A stretch of 64,000 nucleotides of DNA from Rhynchopus sp. YZ270_cl-10 (lineage: Eukaryota). Where the stretch lies: contig OZ037846.1 in assembly GCA_964035575.1 (NCBI GenBank), positions 682,001 through 746,000 on the forward strand, read 5' to 3'. The notes below the pieces were generated by a model. The model saw nothing but the letters and a program-made list of their open reading frames with translations. It did not search any database and was not told the DNA's origin. Shown in pieces: positions 23,494 to 36,573 of this stretch (positions are counted from its first letter, which is position 1; the number at the start of each line of letters is the position of its first letter). Made by a program: the position numbers and the translations under genes.

Positions 23494-26400
23494 AGGATGA
23501 CCGAAAACGAAAAACTAACGCTAGCAACAGCAGTGGTTCCTTGGATGAAACAGGCCACACTTCGATCGAACCCCCTTTTTCACAACAGAAGCACTCCCCT
23601 CAAGGGCCCGCTGCCCAAGAGCTCCTTTGCTGGCGGTCTCCCATGCAGCACTACTGCTGCAACATGCCACATGCAACAAAGCAAGCAACACAGTCGCCAA
23701 ACCCTTTTCCCTTTCACAGAAGCAGAACCCTTCAGTCCTCTGCAGACCACCCAACTCCCCAACTCCACCCCCCTCCTTTCATCACGCACAATGAATTACC
23801 CATGATTGAGTTACAGCACCGCAATACCACACAAAGGTTGTGCTTCATTGTAGATCACGAAAAAAGGTGCGTTTTAGGGGGGAAAATGAAAGCAATTCAA
23901 ATTGCTCAAAACACCATTTTTGTCTTCCTTCTTTTGACAGATCTCTCGCAAGGGTGTTGATAAAAAACGTAGGCTGTTGTGCAACCTTCACATTGCGCAG
24001 GTTTGTCCATTCTCCAAACCCACCACCTTTATAGCCCAACCTCCACCACTCACCTGAGTATCGCCATCCAGCCTTGCTGCAAGATGGTGTGCCTCTCACA
24101 GGACACCCTGCAGTGTCTACCCCACGCAAGGAAGAACGCCAAAGGTGCTCTCGTGCTGCAACCACAGACAAGCTGAGGTGCCAGACAAATGCACGAAAGC
24201 ACCCCACCGGCCAGACACAGCTTCCCCTCCCATCATCACCACAAACGATGGAACAAAGCGCCACATCCTCTCTTACCCCACAATACACCTTTTTTTTTTT
24301 TGCACAACGCTTGTGGATGCTTGGATCCACAAACAGCAAACGCCTTGGCCACAGTGTCAGGTACCCCTACCCACCGAATGCTTTTTACACCATCCCAAGG
24401 CAAAAAAAAGAAAGGGGCAACAATACATTGTGAAGACATTGTGGTTACTGGGAACATTTTTTTTTCTCCTTTCGTTTGTGGGTAAAAGCACAATAAAAAC
24501 TTATTGCTGGGGGGTGATTGACTGCTTGCTACAGTATGACCACTGCACTGGCACGAAGTTCCGATAGATGTCCACAAGATGCAGACGGGAAGCTCACCGC
24601 CAACTGCAAGGAGATGACGACTTCCTGCGAAAGTCTGGTGCAGAAGCCGCAGGTATGCAGACGACGTGCAAAGTTTGGCTTGGATGAGGATATGGGTATT
24701 TTCCCGACAAGAAGGATTTTGCCTTGGTTGGTGCGGACGTTCTGCACGGAAATGAACACTTTGGCCCTACAAGCCAACGGGTCAAGAGCAGTTGAGGAAT
24801 TGCAAAGAGTGGTGCTGTGCCGTTGCCGTTCACGGAGAAAGCACAGATTGGCGGCTGGGGAGACGAAGAGTGGGTTCATCCGCAGTGACAAATAAACGGG
24901 GATCAGTTCTGGGCAATGAAAAGCATGGTTTGCTGGCCAGATGGCACAGATGGAGGGGATGCTGGACTTCGAAGCCTTCTCGGGGCTAGACGCCGAGGAG
25001 GGGAGTCTGCTCACACAGAAGACACAGAAGACACGTCTACGTGACGTGAGCACACCACATCCCCACACAGTCGGTGGTTCCACCCCCTCCCAAACAGACT
25101 GCCCCTCACTGCCGTTTGGGCACTGCATATTCTGGATTTGCCTTTGCCCAGACCCGCCCACCCTCTCGATGTCACAAAGCACTCTGTAATAGCGTCAAAA
25201 CCACTCACAGATGTGTTGCAACGTCTACAGCATGCTCCTCAGGACTCAATGCATCGCGAAGACAAACGTCACCCCTTGTTGAGAGGTGGCGTCGGCAAAC
25301 GTCCACACACATTGCCAGAGTTGCACCGTACGTTGTGCTGCATTGTGCTGGACACCCACATCCCTCCCCCTCCCCACCCACCACCACCACCACCAGAGGT
25401 GCCTACAAGCCACCCGCAGACCTGCAGTGCTCCAAGCTGCACTTCGCTGCACAACACTGTGCCATGGTCACTACAGGTGAATCAACATACCACACAGGTC
25501 ACAGTCCGCATGTTTTTGACTCGCAGTCTTCTCGCCGGTCAGCTGTGCTGATCAGCGGAACTCGATACAAAAAACATCGGTGGCAAAACACACCAAAAAC
25601 ATGGCAAAAATGAGGAAAGCGTGTGTGCTTGCTGTCACCACCATCGGTGTTCGAAGGTGTGCTGGCGAAGCCCGCCCTCATGCCCAGGTGTGTGCCGAAA
25701 AACCCCCAAACCCGCTTCCGCTCAGCCATCACCACGAAGCCCTCCCAAGCCCTGACACTGCCGCAAGCCGTTGTCTGTCAGCAGCACAGGCACACCTCAG
25801 CAGCCACAAGGCACATCAACCCACCCCACCCACCGCAGCACACCGCCGCTCAGACTGCTGCCCTCTCTCGCTCGTCCACCCATCCACCCACTCACCCACC
25901 CAGCCTCCTCAGCACACTCCACTGAGAGCGCCCACCCAGAACCACCACCCTCAACAGACCACACTGCCAAAGGCACAGCCCGCATGCGTTCTTGACTTGC
26001 AGTCTCTTCGCCGGTCAGCTGTGCTGATCAGCGGAACTCGATACAAAAAAAACCCCCCCCAGTATGCGCAGAACCGAGGGAGGCCACCATCGGTGTTCGA
26101 AGGTGCGTCCACTCGTGCAAATATAGATACAACCATGCCATCACCAGGGGAAATGCAGCCACAACCCCAAGCTCACAAGAACACCTCGCATAGTAGGCAC
26201 CGCAGTGAGGACTCCGTCCCTCAACAAAGTTGAAGGCGTGTACCAAGCAATGCCGCACAATGACACCCCCCCTGCTCATCACACAAGGTGCCGCCAGCAC
26301 AGAACCGCACCCCCACTGTGCTCTGCCATGCAGCACGCCACGAGGCATTTACACCTGCACAACCCTCCCATGCAAGACGCTGAGTGTGCAGCACACAAAA

Positions 26401-27101
26401 AGAGAAGGCTTGCGAACCACGACACCACAACACGAGCCCAGCTCGCCTTCACGCGACCATGCTACCCTCATGATGTATACAACAGCTGTGCTACAACCCC
26501 TCACCCACACCCACCCCCACCCATCACACAACGCCTTACGGTGCATTGAACCCACCTCCAAAGCAAATTTGCACACCACATCTGCAATGTACGCGAGGTC
26601 CGGTGCAGCTTTGCCTCCCTCCCTCCCTCCCTGTAGACCCTAGTAAACCCAGAGAGAAGCTGAAAAAAAGGTATAAAATACATATCCCCGAGGACTCCAG
26701 TAGGGACAGTAGGTTCCTTCTCCTATCTGGTGATCAAAAGAGCCCCAAGAGCATATATTTCTTTTTTTTGGCACGCAGTTTTTTTCACAAGAGGCGGGTA
26801 CCCCCAACTGCAAGGAACTAAACGGAAAGAAGATTTGCAACAAAAAAAAAGGCACTTTAAAAAGAACCACCCCTGGATAGTTTGTGTTTTTGTATTTCTC
26901 TTTTTTTTTGTATTTTTTTTTTTTTTTTGTGTCTTTTTTTTTAAATCCCTCCCCCCCAGCTGGCTTGTCGCTATACAATAAGGAATGCCTTCTGTGTAGT
27001 GGTGGGATGGCTAAAACCATCCTATTCTCACCGACACTCTGCCTCTTCTTTGCGCACTGCTGAAAAATGAAAAGCAAACAGAGGACTGGAGGGGGAAGGG
27101 G

Positions 27102-27237
27102 TAATGGTGGCAGTATTGTGATGGGAGCCCATTGGAATACGCAAAATACATCAAAATACATCACAATACACATTGTGATGTATTTTGATGTATTTTGCGT
27201 ATTCCAATGGGCTCCCATCACAATACTGCCACCATTA
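27102..27237. mobile_element. Palindromic hAT-like MITE (TAATGGTGGCAG ends), copy 2
   Basis: Near-identical to 1060-1192; GGGAAGGGG on both flanks. Confidence 0.82.
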
Positions 27238-28501
27238 GGGAAGGGGGAAAGGTTGCTTTTTAAATGTCCGTTGTATTGACAATCAGTCTTCAACCCAAGA
27301 GGTTCTGTGCTCAAATGTTACCCCAAAAATGGGATTTTTTTTTTCTGAAAACTGTTTTATTTACCAGAAAGCATTCTAAAATGGGAATGGGGGGGGAGGA
27401 CGAGAATGCACACGTTCACTAATACAACTCCATCAAAAAAAAAAAACCGTTTCTTTTTTTGACAACCCGATTGTATTAGTGGGCCCACCCAGCGTGGTGC
27501 TGGGCAGTCCACTGATACCAACGCATGGTTGCACCTACTACCTTCATGAATGTGCACCCGGTACCGCGTATCGGGTAGTACCGGGTTTTTTGTTTACCTG
27601 GTAATGCTACGGTAATAAAAAAAACCGGTAATTCCCGGTACCCGGTAAAGGGTGACATGCATTTACATTACTATTGTCTTCTTCCTTTTAAAAGAAACCA
27701 AAAAAGCACACACTGTAAAAGCTTCTTTGTTGGGGGGGAAGAGGGGACGGTGGAAAGGGAAATAACTACTTAGCAACTTAACAACTTAGCAGAGAGAGAG
27801 AAACAAAAAAAAAACTTTAACTGAATGTCTGCCCTCATCAGCCACATGCACAACATACACGAAACATGTTTCGCAAAAGAAAGAAACGAAAAATATAGTG
27901 ACGTTGATAGCGCAAAACGACTCTAGGACGCAATGCACTGACACCCAACTCAAAGATATACACCGTTTTTCTTCGAAGAAGAAAAAAGAAGAAAAAAAAT
28001 GTAAAATCCCCTTCCGTATAATATTTACATACGCATATTATTAACATACGCGTATTCTTTGCAAATATGCCCCTGCCACGTGTATTACATACTGTGGGTG
28101 TTATAACGTTATCGATAACGTTATGATAACGTTATAACACCCACAGGATGGTATTATTAACAAAAAAAAAAATGACGTATTTTCGACCAAAATACGCCAT
28201 ATCGTATTAATAACAGCACGCCTCTTATTTACAATAAATTTATGTAAATATTATACGGGAGAGGGAGGGGGAGTTTAAGATGAAATATTCCTCTCGTGCA
28301 CACACACATCCTAAACAGAGGGAGCTTGCAAAGACGATCATAAACCATGCCTGGCTGCCTTTTGGTCGTCGAAAAATACTCCAAAAAAAAAAAAGAAAAT
28401 CACACCTCACGTGGGCACATGCATCTTTTAAAAACTAACGCACCAAACCTTTTTTTTCCTTTCACTTTAATTCACTTTCCTGCATTTTTATTTCCCCCTC
28501 T

Positions 28502-28687
28502 TCACGGGTGGAGGAAACGGCATCTGTCTCCGAACTGGCAGGTTGCTCCGTTGCGGCAGGGGACCTGGACCTTCTTGACCGGCGGGCCACCCTCAATGTG
28601 CTCGAAGGTGCACTCAGCTCCGTTCCTGCAGACCTTGCCGGGGACACCGTAGTATGCACATGGCTTGCGGGTCTGCGCTCCGTCCAT
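28502..28687 (-). CDS. Small tandem CCCH zinc-finger protein (61 aa)
   Basis: CAYYGVPGKVCRNGAECTFEH and CRNGATCQFGDRCRFLH; homologous to the C-terminus of the 50244 ORF. Confidence 0.8.
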   Translation of the reverse strand: MDGAQTRKPCAYYGVPGKVCRNGAECTFEHIEGGPPVKKVQVPCRNGATCQFGDRCRFLHP

Positions 28688-29124
28688 TGTGTGGTGTGTG
28701 TGTGGTGTGTGGTTTGCTGTTGGGGGGTGCTTTGAAACGGGGTTTTTTTATGAAGTTTTTTTGACAATCGCCCAAGAACCTGCTTGGGGAACCTAGGGTC
28801 TGTACTCAGTATTGGCTGAAACCTTTTGTACTATGGAAGGTACAAAATAGACGGTCAGTCGTCCTCAACCCTTGAGAAAACGCCACTTTGCGGATATGAG
28901 CGGGGGGGTTGGCATCCTCAACTGTCACCCCCCTCCGCATGAAGCCGGTCGCACTAAGTTCAACACCCCGAGAAGGTGCAGAAAAGAGAATGTTCAAGGT
29001 GCCTACAGAAAAACAGATCGGTCGTCCATACAAAGCATTGTACAAGAAAATGCCAGAGGAATCCTCTCAGTTTGAGAGAGAGAGAGAGAGATGGTCCAAA
29101 AGGTGGAACAGATTATTTCATATA

Positions 29125-30168
29125 CCGTAATTGTAAAAATATTGGGACGTAAAAAAGTTGAAACGTAAAAATGTTGGGCCGTAAAAATGTTGGGACAGCT
29201 GGGCGAAAAATTCCCGTCCCAACATTTTTACGGCCCAACATATTTACGTTAGGGAATTTTTACGTAGATTTTGTTAGGGAAGATTTGTCTTAGCTTTTTT
29301 TTTTTTTTACGATTACCTAGCGAGTAGGCGGTTGAACGTACTGGCACGTGTCAAAGTTTCAGGGAAATAGCTTGGGTACTTTTACTGGTTTCAAAACCAG
29401 AACGAGCTGGTTTACTGGTTTGGGGGAAAAAAAAAAAAAAAAGTGGGATTCGGGATTCAGTTTTTCGCCTCCCCCGCACCACTTTCCCACTCACAGAAGA
29501 AAGCCTCACACGTAAGCGAACCCCTAAAAAGGGTTCATTAAGTGACTCTGTGGTGTAAAAAGCTGCATGTTTTGCACTATGTCCTAATTTTTTTTTCGCC
29601 TGCGGCGCCACTTTATATTAATTTTTTGCTCCGCAAAAAATAGAGTTTACAATGTCTTAGGGAATCCCCTTGCATTTTGCAGCCGCAAATGCAACTTGAC
29701 CAAAGCTGCAAAAAGTTGACCATTTTTTCAAAATGACCCACCGTTGCAACGGCCCCTGCTTCTGGAAGACGTATTGACTTCGTACGGTTAGTGGAAGGTG
29801 CAAGACCAAGCGCCGTACACACAGGATTATATTCCATTTTCTTTGTTGTCTCGCAAAATTTACCCTTTGCCTCTCCACTTAGTGGTTGGCAGGGAGGCGC
29901 GCGCGAAGCGCGCGACGACCGCTTTCAACCGGGGAAAAAATTTTTTCTAAACCAGCAAACCAGCAACATTTGAAAAGTGCACCTTTCAAGCTACTACCCT
30001 GAAAGTTTTCAACAACAAAAAAAAAAAAAAAAAAAAAAAAAAACGCTAAGACAAATAGGCTCAAGCCAAAGTAGCCCAAAAAATGTTGGGCCGTAAAAAT
30101 GTTGGGACGAGCGAGCCTTTTTTGGGCTGTCCCAACATTTTTACGGCCCAACATTTTTACAATTACGG
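29125..30168. mobile_element. Tc1/mariner(pogo)-type non-autonomous element, TA TSD
   Basis: TA|CCGTAATTGTAAAAAT...ATTTTTACAATTACGG|TA; AAAATGTTGGG subterminal repeats; empty-site paralog near 56950. Confidence 0.82.
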
Positions 30169-31620
30169 TACTTTCTTTTCTTAACGAAACGAAAAGAAAG
30201 CAAAGAGGGTGCGAAAAATGTACCCTTGCTTTTTTTTTTTTGGAATGTTTTGCAAAACGTAGAACAAGAAGATGGAAAAGAGAGAGAGGAATATGGGCGG
30301 TCCAAGTTCTTTATATATTTTTTTTGTGCATCGATTCTCACTTTATACCTACTTCTTTAAAGTTCTGTACTCAAATGTCGGACGAAGCCTTTTTACTTTT
30401 TTTCATCATTGAATCAAAAAGGGTGGGGGAAAACAGAGGGTGTACATCACCCCCGATTTGACTTACGTACGATACCAGCCCCTAGATGAAAGCACAAGAG
30501 GAAGAGAAAAAAATCGATTTTTTTTTTCTGATCGTAAAATTCAGGGTTCTCAGGCGACAAAAACAGAAACTATTTGTCGAAATTAAGCTGTGTCGAAATT
30601 CAAAAAAAAAAGGGGGGGTCCCAAACCCGGGCGTGCTACGCGTGCTCGGAACTTTTTGCAGTTTTGGTCGAGTTGCATTTTTTTTTTTTTTTGGCTGCAA
30701 ATATAAGGGGATTCCCAAAGACATTGGGAACTTTATTTGCTGCAGAGCAAAAAATAATATAAAATGGGGTACTGTACTCCAGTGTAAAAAATGTAGCATT
30801 TACGCCGCAGAGTCACTCAACGACCCTTTATTTTGCGGAGCAAAAACGGAAAAATGCGCAGGCGACTTTTTTTTTTTGTCGATTTTCGACATGATTTCCC
30901 CCAGACACGTTGAGAACCCTGGTAAAATCACATCAGCATACTATCTGCCACTAACCATTTCTTCCCCACCCCTGACCACTCTTTGTGCAGCTGTGGTCCA
31001 TCCCCTACCGGAGATATAGTGTTGGAGGAAAATAAAAATAAAATAAAAAATAAAAAGAGAGAGAGAGCAAGGGGCCAAAACCTATGCATGTGTCACACAA
31101 AGGGACACATACATAAAAAAAAATAGAAAAAGAGAAGGAAAAAAACAGGGGAAAAAAAAGAAACAAAAAAATTGGAAACGTGGTGCATGACAGAGGCCTG
31201 ACAGGGACACTGTGAAGATGATGCGAAACCCTACGTGGTCACCTTGAAAATATTTGATGCTATGACCTGTGCGTCCCTGACTTTTTTTGAGGTACTATAT
31301 GGGCAGGTCCGGAATAATTCAAAAAGGGGTGGGGGAAAAAAACAAAAACACACAACTTTGATGTTTCGACGCTGTTACGTACATTTTTTCTTCGTTTTTT
31401 GATGATAAATTGGATTAGGAGTTGCCTCAGTTAGTTGAGCAATATCCACTTTCTTTTTTTTTTTTGTTTTTTCCACCTGCTTTTTACCCCGCGTATAGGC
31501 GCGTAAAGGCGCGTAAAGGCCCGTACAGGCCTGTGTAGGCCAAACCCCACCCATTTTTACCCGCCTTTACGCGCCTATACGCGGCGTAAAAATCAGGTGG
31601 TTTTTTTGTTTTTTTATATC

Positions 31621-33263
31621 ACATGTGAAAATGACTTTTTGCTGGGATCCTTCACAAACGGGGCGTGAAATAAAGTGAGCTTTTTTTCACGCTTGCTCTT
31701 AGTAATTTCGCTGGAGGCGTGAAAAAAAGTTTCACTGGCGTGAAAAAAAGTTTCACTGTTTTCTGTCAGTCACAAAACCACACACTCCACCCTACAAATC
31801 ATGCCAAGGACCAAGAAGAAGGAGGCTATGGAGGATCTGTATGAGACCGAGCTTCTGGCAGGGTTGAAGTCAAGCACTGCATACAAAACGGAGTGGAATA
31901 AGTTTTTACAACACAATAAAATCACGGGGCGGAAGCAGCCAAGAGAAGAACATGTGGTCTCTTACTTGACACACCTGCGCGAAGAACGCAGCTACAAAGC
32001 CAGCTCATTATGGTCGTGCTACTCTAAGCTCAACTTTATGTTCAAGACGGAGTTCGACTTTTCACTAAAGGAGTACCACCGCATCGGGCTGTTGCTGAAG
32101 ACCTGGGGAAGTGACGAATCGACGAAGAAGAGCAAGACGTTTTCGAAGGGAGAAGTGGAGATGTTTCTCAAGATGAGCGAGTTGAGCGACTGCTACTGGT
32201 GTGTCCGCAAGGCTTACGTCGCGGTGTGTTTTCTGTCGGGAATGAGATGCACAGAAGCACTGATGCTTGAGATGACAAATTATCAGGAATCACCAGTGGG
32301 ATACCTCTTCACGTACCAGCACTGTGCTAAGGTGAAAAAGGCCGACATGGAGCGTGGGAGGTTTGTGGTACCAAGAGACAGCATCTACTTTTGTGTGGTG
32401 GAGGAGTACCTGAACCGGCGCTCACCAGTTTCACAGGAGGGTCGCTTCTTCATCACTGGAACTAAGACGACAGCTGACAGAACTACTACTGGGACCTTTC
32501 GTGTGCAACCTCTTGGCATCAACAAAATGTACGGCATACCTGCAGAAGTCGCGAGGGTGCTTGCGCTGGACGGTTCGTACACTGGGCACAGCTTCCGCAG
32601 GTCTTCTGCGACTCAAGCCGCTGAGGCAGGAGCATCTATTGTACAGATGCAACGCCACTATGGGTGGGTCAGTCAGGCAATGCCACAAAGGTACACCGAA
32701 GTCACACAGGCCGGTCAAGTTGCGATGTCACAGCTGTTGACACAGAACAACAGTCCCCCAACTCAGACGCCACAAGAAGTCAAGATTAACATCAATGTGC
32801 AACAGAACAAACCATGATCATGAGTGCAAAAAAAAAAACCCCCCTTCTGTGATGCTCTATACACCTGCCCCCCCCCTACAGGCGAGATGAGTGGTGACAT
32901 CTTGTAATTAGTACCAGTCATAGGAGGCATATATCAAAAAAAGTAACCCCTTCCCTGCTTTTGATTGATGTTCACATGTTCCCCTACTCTCATTCACACT
33001 CTCACTTACAGGTACCCACATTTTGTTCATAAAATCACTCTATTTTACGTCTCGTTTGTGAAGGATCCCAGCAAAAATATCATTTTCACTTGTAAAACAA
33101 AACTACGTATTAGTTTGAAATAAAGTGCGTTTTTTCACTTCCACGTATTTTGTCTCACTCGTGCTCTATTATTGCCCTCGCCTGCGGCTCGGGCAATAAA
33201 CTCTCACTCGTGAGCCAAAATTACGTGGGCGTGAAAAAAAGTGCACTTTATTTCACGCTAATA
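31621..33263 (+). mobile_element. Crypton-like tyrosine-recombinase element (boundaries approximate)
   Basis: Single YR ORF flanked by inverted repeats 31621-31680 / 33035-33093, followed by a related hairpin 33108-33263. Confidence 0.68.
31801..32817 (+). CDS. Tyrosine recombinase/integrase (Crypton-like), 338 aa, intronless
   Basis: Catalytic set SGMRCTE (R), YTGHSFRRSSAT (HxxR), HYGW (W), PQRY (Y); N-terminal core-binding-like region. Confidence 0.92.
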   Translation: MPRTKKKEAMEDLYETELLAGLKSSTAYKTEWNKFLQHNKITGRKQPREEHVVSYLTHLREERSYKASSLWSCYSKLNFMFKTEFDFSLKEYHRIGLLLKTWGSDESTKKSKTFSKGEVEMFLKMSELSDCYWCVRKAYVAVCFLSGMRCTEALMLEMTNYQESPVGYLFTYQHCAKVKKADMERGRFVVPRDSIYFCVVEEYLNRRSPVSQEGRFFITGTKTTADRTTTGTFRVQPLGINKMYGIPAEVARVLALDGSYTGHSFRRSSATQAAEAGASIVQMQRHYGWVSQAMPQRYTEVTQAGQVAMSQLLTQNNSPPTQTPQEVKININVQQNKP

Positions 33264-34174
33264 ATTAGTTTTTTTTGTGATAATCTGTTGAATTGCAGGA
33301 CAGTCTGCCTTTTTTTTTGAAAACTTTGTTGCATTAGTGTAGCCACCCTAGAGTGTGCTCCATTATTTTCTTCTAGAGCCGCGTTCTTACGCAAAACAGG
33401 CCTCTGGAAAAAAAGAAGAAGGGGGGAAAAAGGGGGGGAAGGGGTTTGCATTTGAATTGATTTACTATTCGTTAGTACTCCGTACGCGGTGTCAGAGGGG
33501 TACTTTCTTTTTCTTATTATAAATCACAGCAGCCAAACTATTTTCTCCCCTCCCTTTTTTTCCACCAGTAAAGGAAAGCTTCCTGGAGAAGTGGGGGGGG
33601 GGAGGAGAAGGGGTGAAAGGAGGGACGTGAAACAGGGAGGGAGAAATCCGTTTTTTCTTTGTCTTTTTTTTAAAAAAGACATAGAGCTAACTGCTGTTGA
33701 CCAATAAATTATAAAAAAATAAAAATACCCCCCACATTCTCTAATGAGCGATCGTTCCGAATGTGAAAGGGAATTGCTCACTGTTGTGTTGTTTTTTTTC
33801 TCTTCTTTTTGATTTTTCTTTTTCCAAAAAAAATGAAAATTGACAGCCCGTGTCTCATGGGCCTACTCAAATACAATCAAGCTTTGAAAAGAAAAACCAA
33901 AAAAAAAAAAGTATTTCACCATATGCATTCAATACATTGAGAGCATAGGCTTTAGGGATCAACAAAAAAAAAAAAAATGTTCTCAACGCTACGAGGCAAA
34001 TAAAGCATTGTGGGGGAAACCCCAGGCCGCTGTGGTAATATGATAGAAAAAAAAAAGTACACATAAGAAAAAAGGGTAAGATGGTACCTAAGCATCATAG
34101 TGTTTAGGTCACCTTAAAACAAAGAGAGGGATTGATGAAGTGAGATATTTATGGGGATAGGAGAGACAGGAAAT

Positions 34175-35224
34175 CAGGCCATATCCTAAATCGGGATTTT
34201 TTTGGAAAATTTTCAAAAACTGGATCCAGAATTTTTCTCCGGGAAAAAATTTTTTTTCAGAAAAAAAACCCATTCCGAGCTTTCTCCCCCGCGTTGGCGG
34301 GGCATCTCCCCTCATATATTGCAAACAAGACACAATAAAGAGTACTTGAAACGTGGTGAAACGCAGCTCCAATAAATCATTAGGATAAATCCCACCCTTC
34401 TTTTTTCTTTTTTTTTCCAGTGTTTCCCAGCTTCTCACCTAACTCTGAAAATAGGTGAGATTTTGCGGTTTTGCGGGTTTTGGTAGAGGTGTGGCGAGCC
34501 CGGGCGCGCTTCGCGCGCCCGGGTCTCCACCTTAGCTCAAGTTGGGGGCCTCCGGCGGAATGTGAGAATTTCTCGGAGTTCGGCACTTCATTGATATTTG
34601 CACCAGGCACGCGTGGTACACGAATTATCAGTAACCTCAGTACATTTACAAAATAAACGGCAGTCATGGCAGGCATGGCACCCAAGCGAAGCCACGGTAC
34701 GCAACATTTCTAAAAATTGTTGACATAAACGTCACTGTCGTTGGAAGATTGGGGGGTCAGCTTGTTTTTGTGCCAAAATTTTTTCAGCACTGCTGACCAG
34801 GGACATTGGGAACATAGGGATTTTTGCGGAGCAAAAAAAAAAAAAAAAAAAACAAACAAACAAATGGCGCCGCAGGCGAAAAAAATTTAGGGTACGGTGT
34901 AAAAATCTATCTTTTTACACCACATAGTCACACACCGAACCCTTTTTTGCGGAGCAAAAAAGGGAAAATGGCGCCGCAGGCAAAAAAAAATTGAGGTACA
35001 GCCTGGATGGTGCGGTCAGCAACCCAGTTTCATGGTACTCCCGTGGTTCAACCATGATTTTTTCCCCCCGGGGCCCCCCGCCACACTGGGCCACGGGAAA
35101 AATTTTTTTCCCGAATTTTTTTCAAAACTCGGATCCAGAAATCAGGAAAAAAAAAAAACGGGAAAAAAGTATGAAAAACCTCGGAAAAAAGTGGGATCCA
35201 GAATCCAGATTAGGAAATAGCCTG
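34175..35224. mobile_element. Non-autonomous hAT element, 8-bp TSD CAGGAAAT
   Basis: CAGGAAAT|CAGGC...TCCTAA ... TTAGGA...GCCTG|CAGGAAAT. Confidence 0.78.
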
Positions 35225-36573
35225 CAGGAAATACACACAAAAAAAAAAAAAAGGAAACAGTATTTTTTTTTAAAAAAAAAAGGGGGGGAAGCACTCATAC
35301 AATGAAACTACTACGGTTCAAATAAAAAAGAATACAACAATTAGTTTCATAAACTTTCAAATCAAAAAAGAGAAAGTACGAACGACGTTCAAAACCTATA
35401 CAATCAATATTTTGTGTTTAAAAACAGTATTTCAACATATGCATTCAATAAATTGATAGCATAGGTATAGGGAATCAACAAAAAAGGTTACCATAAAACA
35501 CAAAACAAAACCAAAAAAAAAACACACTCTTTTACGAAAGGGACTCCACGGAACTGCGTATCCCATTAAAGTGTTTCTTGGCAAAAGAAATCCTAATAAA
35601 CGCGAAACACGTGAAAAGATATGCTGGCAAAGCTATTTGTCGAATGTCCACCCCCAAAATGGCACATTGTTCGAAAGGGCTATAGGTTCCTTACAGAAAG
35701 GTATCTCGCATCCTCCCTGAAAAGTGCAGATGGGATACATTAGGAAACTCTAGCCTATCAGCGCCCATCAGCTCTTTTCTGATGTCTTTTTCTGTAGAAG
35801 CGAACAACAAACAGCCTTTATTTTCCCCCTCCTCCCGTTTATAGTCTTTTGAGCAACAAGCAAAGAGAAACGAGTCTCTCGAGCATTTTCTGTTTGACAA
35901 AATAACCCAAGACCTAATACACCTCCCGCACACCGTTGGTACAATTTAACCACACCAACACCATCATTGGTACAATAACAAAAAAAAAAAAAACTTTCAT
36001 TTTCAGAAAAAATGATCACCCTCAAAAAAACAAAAAAAAACAAAAACACTGATAAGGAAAACACACAAAATTGCTCGCATGACACTGTAGAGACTGACGG
36101 GAGGGGTTGCAACAACTTCTTCAGCTTGTTTCCTCGTCGTGGGGAGGGTTTTCTTTGGGGCCTTATGGCCAAAGATGACCTACCGTGTTCTACCAAGGGT
36201 AGGCTTGTGGTTCACTAGCTAAACTTGGGGGATGGTGTGTGTGTGTGTTAACTAATAGGGGCAATTCTTGCGCAGAATATGGCCCCAATATGTGTGTTGT
36301 GTGTGTGTTTGACAACAGATATAGACTGGGGCAACGCCTGAAACGGAGTATAGCCCACCTCCCAAAGGTACGTGTTTGATAACTAAATAGGGGTAATTCT
36401 TGCGCAGAATATTGCCCCCAATTTTGTGTGTGCGCGAGTCTCTGAAGAAAGCCTGCTAACACAGAACAAACATGGGGTGAGAAAGATCTTTTTTTCTCCG
36501 GAAGAGAAAGGTACAAAGGGCACGATATACAAAACTACATCCAATCGTACCAAATATCAGTATTATAAGATAA

